Source: Phycisphaera mikurensis NBRC 102666 (GTDB lineage Bacteria > Planctomycetota > Phycisphaerae > Phycisphaerales > Phycisphaeraceae). Taken from it: DNA of 32,000 nucleotides. Positions 26,882 through 32,000 of the stretch are shown in pieces. The DNA is taken from positions 2,670,001-2,702,000 of the forward strand of contig NC_017080.1 in the NCBI RefSeq assembly GCF_000284115.1. The letters are read 5' to 3'. The position numbers and the translations under genes were made by a program. The notes beneath the pieces were generated by a model. It was not told where the DNA came from, ran no database searches, and saw only the letters and a list, made by a program, of their open reading frames with translations. The stretch's first letter is position 1; each line of letters begins with the position of its first letter.

Positions 26882-26918
26882 GTGGTTAAGGGATGTTGCG
26901 GCGGCCGGAGCCGCCGAG

Positions 26919-26992
26919 TGGGCGATACAGGGCTCGAACCTGTGACCTCACGCGTGTGAAGCGTGCGCTCTAGCCAACTGAGCTAATCGCCC
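26919..26992 (-). tRNA. tRNA-Val (anticodon CAC), no encoded CCA
   Basis: Minus strand GGGCGATTAGCTCAGTTGGCTAGAGCGCACGCTTCACACGCGTGAGGTCACAGGTTCGAGCCCTGTATCGCCCA; anticodon loop TTCACAC. Confidence 0.93.
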
Positions 26993-27038
26993 GCGGTGGC
27001 CCGCCGGGCGGGAGAGCGTAGCGGACGCGCCCGCCGCG

Positions 27039-27353
27039 TCAAGCGGGATGCCGCGTCGCCGCCGCGGGCTGCTCCTCGGTCGCGGGGGCCGAGGAGGGCT
27101 CCTTCTCGAGCGATGGGATGGGCCGCTGGTTGTCGACGGTCACGCTCGTGTGGCCGCCGCTGACGGCTTTCTGATCGGCCGAGAGCTCGTCCTCGATGCC
27201 GGAGAGCCCCTTCTTGAACTCGACGATGCCCTTCCCAAGAGACTTGCCGACCTCAGGAAGCCGCCGCCCGAAGATGAGCAGGCCGACGATGCCGATGACG
27301 ATCATCTCCGGCGTGCCGATGGGGCCGAGGAGGGCGAGGGGGGTGGGAAGCAT
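27039..27353 (-). CDS. tatA: Twin-arginine translocase TatA/TatE subunit
   Basis: MLPTPLALLGPIGTPEMIVIGIVGLLIFGRRLPEVGKSLGKGIVEFKKGLSGIEDEL; classic single TM, FGRxLPE and amphipathic helix. Confidence 0.95.
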   Translation of the reverse strand: MLPTPLALLGPIGTPEMIVIGIVGLLIFGRRLPEVGKSLGKGIVEFKKGLSGIEDELSADQKAVSGGHTSVTVDNQRPIPSLEKEPSSAPATEEQPAAATRHPA

Positions 27354-27483
27354 GTCGGGAGGATAGGAGCACGGGTCGCGCCGCGACCGGCAAGCGTAGA
27401 TGCGGAGAAGTCGAGAAGCCAGGAAGTCAGCAGAGCGCGCACGCGGGAACACGCCTTCATCCAACTCCCTCCCCCCTGCCGGA

Positions 27484-27588
27484 CTTCTCCGCTTCTCCGC
27501 TTCTCCGCTTCTTCGCTTCCCCGCTTCTCCGCTTCTCCGCTTCTCCGCTTCTCCGCTTCTCCGCTTCCCCGCTTCCCCGCTTCCCCGC
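27484..27588. repeat. 8-bp minisatellite GCTTCTCC/GCTTCCCC, about 13 copies (minus strand GGAGAAGC)
   Basis: Uninterrupted cttctcc gcttctcc gcttctcc gcttcttc gcttcccc gcttctcc ... gcttcccc in the tatA-fabF gap. Confidence 0.95.
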
Positions 27589-27609
27589 CTGGCCGGCGGA
27601 GCCGACGCC

Positions 27610-28857
27610 TCACACCTTCCCGAACACCAGCGTCACGTTGTGGCCGCCGAAGCCGAAGCTGTTCGACAGCGCGTACTTGAGGTCGGCGTCGCGGCCGGAA
27701 CCAGGCACGTAGTCGAGGTCGCAGCCGGGGCTGGGCCGGTCGAGGTTGATGGTCGGGCAGATCTTCCCGGTCTGCAGCGACTTGGCGACGATCACCGCCT
27801 CGATGCCGCCGGCGGCGCCCAGCGAGTGGCCGGTCATGCTCTTCGTGGCGGACACCGGCGTTTTCGTGCTCTCGCCGAGCACCGCCTTGATCGCGTTGGT
27901 CTCCGCGAGGTCGCCCAGCGGGGTGCTGGTCGCGTGCGGGTTGACGTAGTCGATGTCCTCGGGATCCAGCGCCGCATCCCGCAGCGCCCGCTCCATCGCG
28001 TGGGCGACGGCGTGGCCGTCCTCCGGCGGCGCGGTGATGTGCGTGCCGTCGGCGGTCTGCCCGAAGCCCATGAGCTCGCAGTAGATCTTCGCGCCGCGGG
28101 CACGCGCGTGCTCGTACTCCTCGAGCACCACCAGGCCGGCCCCCTCGGCGAGCACGAAGCCGTCCCGGTCGACGTCGAAGGGCCGCGAGGCCGCCTGCGG
28201 GTCGTCGTTGCGGCGCGACAACGCCTTGAGCGCCATGAAGCACGAGGTGCCCAGCGGCGTCAACGCGGCCTCGGCGCCGCCGGCGATCATCACGTCGGCC
28301 TGGTCGAAGCGGATGGCGTCGCGGGCGGCCCCGATGGAGTGGGCCCCGGAGGCGCAGGCGGTGGAGATGGCGGAGTTGGGGCCCTTGATGCCGTAGTGGA
28401 TCGAGAGGTGCCCCGCCGCGGCGTTGCACATCAGCTTGGGCACCATGAAGGGGCTCACGCGGGAGGGCCCCTTCTTGAGCAGCTTCTCGTGGCCATCGGC
28501 GAACTCCTCGATGCCGCCGACGCCCGAGCCGACGATGGCGCCGCAGCGCCAGGGATCTTCCTTCGCGAGATCGATGCCGGAATCCAACACCGCTTCGACG
28601 CCGGCGTTCAGGGCGAACTGCGCAAAGCGGTCCATCTTCTTGGCGTAGCGGGAGCGCTCGACGCCCTCGATGACCGGCGGGCCGTCCCAGTCCTGCACCT
28701 GGCCGCCGAACTTCGTGTTGAAGTCGGTGGTGTCGAACTTGGTGATGGGGCCGATGCCCGAGGTCCCGGCCACCATCTTCTCGAAGACCTCGTCCACGCC
28801 GAGGCCCAGAGAAGTGACCCAACCGAGTCCGGTGACGACGACGCGACGCTTGTCCAT
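27610..28857 (-). CDS. fabF: Beta-ketoacyl-ACP synthase II
   Basis: MDKRRVVVTGLGWVTSLGLGVDEVFEKM, ISTACASGAHSIGAA, YVNPHATSTPLGDLAETNAI, KSMTGHSLGAAGGIEA, NSFGFGGHNVTLVF. Confidence 0.97.
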   Translation of the reverse strand: MDKRRVVVTGLGWVTSLGLGVDEVFEKMVAGTSGIGPITKFDTTDFNTKFGGQVQDWDGPPVIEGVERSRYAKKMDRFAQFALNAGVEAVLDSGIDLAKEDPWRCGAIVGSGVGGIEEFADGHEKLLKKGPSRVSPFMVPKLMCNAAAGHLSIHYGIKGPNSAISTACASGAHSIGAARDAIRFDQADVMIAGGAEAALTPLGTSCFMALKALSRRNDDPQAASRPFDVDRDGFVLAEGAGLVVLEEYEHARARGAKIYCELMGFGQTADGTHITAPPEDGHAVAHAMERALRDAALDPEDIDYVNPHATSTPLGDLAETNAIKAVLGESTKTPVSATKSMTGHSLGAAGGIEAVIVAKSLQTGKICPTINLDRPSPGCDLDYVPGSGRDADLKYALSNSFGFGGHNVTLVFGKV

Positions 28858-29016
28858 GGAGATGGCCTCGACGGCCGCTTGGGGTGCAGGAGTTGGGGCC
28901 AGGGAGCGCCCCGATGAAAAACGGCGGGCGGCCCGTTGGGGCGACCCGCCGAGGCAGTCTGGAGGAAGCCCGCGGCTCCCGGAGCGACGACGCCGGGGAG
29001 CTGCGCGGTTCCCGGG

Positions 29017-29262
29017 TCAGGCGTCCGAGTTCTTCTTGATGAACTCGATCGCCTGGCCGACGGTCTGGATCTTCTCGGCCTCTTCGTCGGGGATCGACGT
29101 CTCAAACTCGTCCTCGAACTCCATGACCAGCTCCACCGTGTCGAGCGAGTCGGCGTTGAGGTCGTTCACGAAGTTGGTCGAGTCGTTGATCTCCGACTTC
29201 TCGACGCCCATCTGTTCGGCAACGATCTCGTAGACCTTTTCGCGGATGGCGGCTTCTTCCAT
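29017..29262 (-). CDS. acpP: Acyl carrier protein
   Basis: 81 aa with phosphopantetheine motif [20 protein letters not shown]. Confidence 0.98.
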   Translation of the reverse strand: MEEAAIREKVYEIVAEQMGVEKSEINDSTNFVNDLNADSLDTVELVMEFEDEFETSIPDEEAEKIQTVGQAIEFIKKNSDA

Positions 29263-29330
29263 GGGTTCGGATTCCTTGTCTGGGTTCTGGGGGAGTCCGC
29301 CGGGGTTCCGGCGTGATTCGTGAACGGGCG

Positions 29331-29336
29331 ACTATA
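29331..29336 (-). promoter_or_regulatory. Possible -10 element (TATAGT) upstream of acpP
   Basis: Minus strand CCCGATATAGTCGCCC, ~70 nt upstream of the acpP ATG, in an otherwise GC-rich gap; no clear -35. Confidence 0.3.
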
Positions 29337-29568
29337 TCGGGGGGCCGGCGGCGTGCCGGAGGAGCGGCGGCGTGTGCGGCACCGGCCGGTGGGCTGCCCG
29401 GCAGCCCCGCGGGAGGTCCCGCGGGAGGGCCTCCGGACCGCCGCGTCTCCGCCCGGAGCACGCCCCGCGACCGGCTCGAGCCGGAACGAAAGCCAGCCAT
29501 GGAAGCGCGCAACGCTCGACATCCGGCGAGCCCGCGGAGGCGACGCGCCGCAGCGCGGGGCTCGGCGA

Positions 29569-30318
29569 TCAGATCATGCCGCCATCAACCACCAGCACCT
29601 GGCCCGTGACGTAGCCCGCCCGCTCGCCGGTGAGGAACTCCACCGCGGCGGCGATCTCCTCGGGCTCGCCCATGCGGGCCAGCGAGGTGGCGGACTTCAC
29701 GCCTTCCTTGATCTTCTCGGGCAGGTTCTCGGTCATGTCGGTCCGGATGAAGCCCGGGGCGACGACGTTCGCGGTGATGCCGCGCTTGCCGACCTCCTTG
29801 GAGAGCGACTTGGTGAAGCCGATGAGGCCGGCCTTGGCGGCGGCGTAGTTGCTCTGGCCGGCATTGCCGGCGACGCCCGAGACGCTGCCGACGTTGACGA
29901 TGCGGCCGTAGCGGTTGGAGAGCATCGCCTTGGCCCCCGCGCGGCAGGCGACGAAGACGCTGCGCAGGTTGGTGGAGACGACGTCGTCCCATTCCGCGTC
30001 GGACATGCGCAGCAGCAGGTTGTCGCGGGTGATGCCGGCGTTGTTGACGAGCACGTCGAGGCGGCCGTGCTCCTCGTTCACGCCCTCGACCAGCGCGGCG
30101 AGGGCTTCGCCGTCGGCGATGTCGCAGGTGCGGGACGAGGCCTGCCCCCCCGCTTCCCGGATCGCCCCGACGACCCCGTCGAGCCTGTCCTGGTTGCGGG
30201 CCACGCAGACGACGTGGTCGCCGCGGGCGGCCAGGGCGTGGGCGATGGCGGCGCCGATGCCGCGGGAGGCGCCGGTGACGAGGGCGATTCTTAAGGTTGG
30301 GGTGGGGGTGGAGGGCAT
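29569..30318 (-). CDS. fabG: 3-oxoacyl-ACP reductase
   Basis: IALVTGASRGIGAAIAHALAARGDHVV, VLVNNAGITRDNLLLRMSDAEWDDV, GNAGQSNYAAAKAGLIGFTKSLSKEV, VAPGFIRTDMTENL, VLVVDGGMI. Confidence 0.97.
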   Translation of the reverse strand: MPSTPTPTLRIALVTGASRGIGAAIAHALAARGDHVVCVARNQDRLDGVVGAIREAGGQASSRTCDIADGEALAALVEGVNEEHGRLDVLVNNAGITRDNLLLRMSDAEWDDVVSTNLRSVFVACRAGAKAMLSNRYGRIVNVGSVSGVAGNAGQSNYAAAKAGLIGFTKSLSKEVGKRGITANVVAPGFIRTDMTENLPEKIKEGVKSATSLARMGEPEEIAAAVEFLTGERAGYVTGQVLVVDGGMI

Positions 30319-30449
30319 GGGGCGGCGAGGGTAGAGGCGTCCCGGGCCGTGCGTCCGGAGTCGATGGAGGGAGCGGGGCATCGGCTGGGCCGACGACGCA
30401 GCGCCGGCGTTCGCCAGCGGCCCGCGCCACCTGGTTCGGCTCGCTCGGG

Positions 30450-32000
30450 TCAGCCGCGGCCAGCGGGAACGCTCGGCGCCTCCCGCACGGACAGCTCGTC
30501 GCCGGCATCCACGGGTTCGCGCCGCGGCGCGTCGTCGCTGCGGAGCCAGCGGTCGTGGACGCGGAAGGATTCCTCGGGCTCGGGGAAGTCGAGGCGGAAA
30601 TGGGTGCCGCGGGATTCCTCCCGCCACGCGGCCGCGCGGGCGATGAGGGCGCCCACCTGCAGCATGTTCTGCACCTCCCAGCCGGCGCGGTCGTCGAAGA
30701 TCTTGTCGAGCGTGTAGCGGCTCCAGAAGGCGAACATGTCGCCGACCTCGCGGAGGTGCTCGCCGGTGCGCTCGATGCCGACGTGCCGCCACATCACCGA
30801 CCGCAGGCTCGAACGCACGTCGGCGAGGTCCAGGCCGGTGCGGTCCGAGAGCGGGATGTCGCTGACGATCTTCGTCCGGTGCGCCCCGTGAGCGGAGGCG
30901 GCGTCGGCCGCGGCCTGGCCGACGGTCTCGCCGAGGACCAGGCCCTCCAGCAGCGAGTTGCTCGCGAGCCGGTTGGCCCCGTGCAGGCCCGAGCACGCGG
31001 CCTCGCCGCACGCGAAGAGCCCCGGGGAGCTCGTGGCCCCCGACCCGTCCACCTCGACGCCGCCGATCATGTAGTGCGCGCTGGGGTGGACGGGGATCGG
31101 CTGCCCCGGGTCGATCTCGAACTTCTTGAGCATCGCGGCGATGCCGGGGAACCGCTCGACGAACCGCCCGGTGCCGATGGGCGAGACGTCGAGGTACGCG
31201 TGGGTGTGCCCGGTGCGGGCCATCTGCTGGAGGATGGAGCGGCTGACGACGTCGCGCGGCGCAAGCTCCGCCCGCTCGTCGTAATCGGGCATGAAGCGGT
31301 GCCCGTTGCGGTCGACGAGGTGGGCGCCCTCGCCACGCACGGCCTCGGTGATCAGCGAGCGGGACGCTCCGGCGATGTACAGCGTCGTGGGGTGGAACTG
31401 CACGAAGGCCATGTCGCGGAGCGCCGCCCCGGCTCGCCACGCCATCGCGTGGCCGTCGCCGGTGGCGACGCCGGGGTTCGTGCTCTCGCGGAAGACCTGC
31501 CCGCAGCCGCCGGCGGCGAGCACCGTGGCGCCCGCCCAGATGACCTGCAGCCCGTGCCGGTCGTGGTGGGTGATGGCGCCGAGCACGCGGCCCCCCTCGT
31601 CGGTGAGGAGGTCCAGCACGTAGCAGCCCATGAAAGAGCGCACGCCCTCGGCCTCGGAAACGCGACGCCCCAGCGTGGCGACCAGCGCCCGGCCCGTCGC
31701 GTCGCCGTCGCTGTGGACGATGCGGAAGTGGCTGTGGCCGCCCTCGCGGCCGAGGGCGAGCCGGGCGGGCATCCCCAGGTCGCCCATCCCCGGAGCGTCC
31801 CGGGGCTCGCCGGCGGCATCGAAGGGCATGCCCCAAGCCGCCAGCTCGCGGACCGCCGCGGGTCCGCCCTCGACGATGCGCCGGGCGACCGGCTCGTCGA
31901 CGAGGCCGGCGCCGGCGGTGAGCGTGTCGGCGAGGTGGTGCGCGGTGTCGTCGTCGGGGTCGAGCACCGCGGCGATGCCGCCCTGTGCCCAGGCGGTGGA
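30450..32000 (-). CDS. nadB: L-aspartate oxidase, N-terminus beyond the window
   Basis: AWAQGGIAAVLDPDDD... GATVLAAGGCGQVFRESTNPGVATGDGHAMAWRAGAALRDMAFVQFHPTTLY, SAHYMIGGVEVDGSGATSSPGLFACGEAACSGLHGANRLASNSLLEGLV. Confidence 0.95.
   Translation of the reverse strand, partial: STAWAQGGIAAVLDPDDDTAHHLADTLTAGAGLVDEPVARRIVEGGPAAVRELAAWGMPFDAAGEPRDAPGMGDLGMPARLALGREGGHSHFRIVHSDGDATGRALVATLGRRVSEAEGVRSFMGCYVLDLLTDEGGRVLGAITHHDRHGLQVIWAGATVLAAGGCGQVFRESTNPGVATGDGHAMAWRAGAALRDMAFVQFHPTTLYIAGASRSLITEAVRGEGAHLVDRNGHRFMPDYDERAELAPRDVVSRSILQQMARTGHTHAYLDVSPIGTGRFVERFPGIAAMLKKFEIDPGQPIPVHPSAHYMIGGVEVDGSGATSSPGLFACGEAACSGLHGANRLASNSLLEGLVLGETVGQAAADAASAHGAHRTKIVSDIPLSDRTGLDLADVRSSLRSVMWRHVGIERTGEHLREVGDMFAFWSRYTLDKIFDDRAGWEVQNMLQVGALIARAAAWREESRGTHFRLDFPEPEESFRVHDRWLRSDDAPRREPVDAGDELSVREAPSVPAGRG

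Noticed and set aside
26898-26916. Small hairpin GCGGC...GCCGC between the two tRNA genes
   Set aside because: Short GC-only stems are expected by chance at this GC content, and there is no T-run. It is possibly a processing spacer but not supportable as a feature.
27484-27588. CRISPR or coding repeat domain
   Set aside because: An 8-bp unit without spacers, located after the fabF stop; the apparent protein repeats (KRRSGEAE) are frame-shadow translations.

Overview
High-GC (~70%+) window, planctomycete-like by gene content and style (inference). Left to right it holds: the 3' end of a metal-efflux adaptor gene overlapping a full CusA/CzcA-type RND pump; a very large DUF4011-type SF1 helicase with a possible degenerate Vsr/MTES_1575-like nuclease C-terminus; a two-gene signalling operon (HTH + receiver protein, then an HDOD-histidine kinase fusion); a sulfatase; a TIM-barrel epimerase-like protein; a receiver-like/GAF protein; a soluble CapD/FlaA1-like epimerase; and a PilZ protein. 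These are followed by an intact IS630-family element, hemolysin III, sialate O-acetylesterase and an IS4-like element. The next stretch, up to a tRNA-Lys/tRNA-Val pair, is repeat-rich and accessory-looking, with a lipoprotein-like gene and a small hypothetical gene. The right end is housekeeping: tatA, fabF, acpP, fabG and partial nadB. The most interesting signal is an iterated module, GGAAAAGGTGWCAGC(CACC). It occurs as a five-copy 39-nt array at 25.60-25.84 kb, directly upstream of the lipoprotein-like gene, and as paired copies just outside or at both inverted ends of the IS4-like element. That element's transposase frame has no stop codon inside the element. No CRISPR array is visible.
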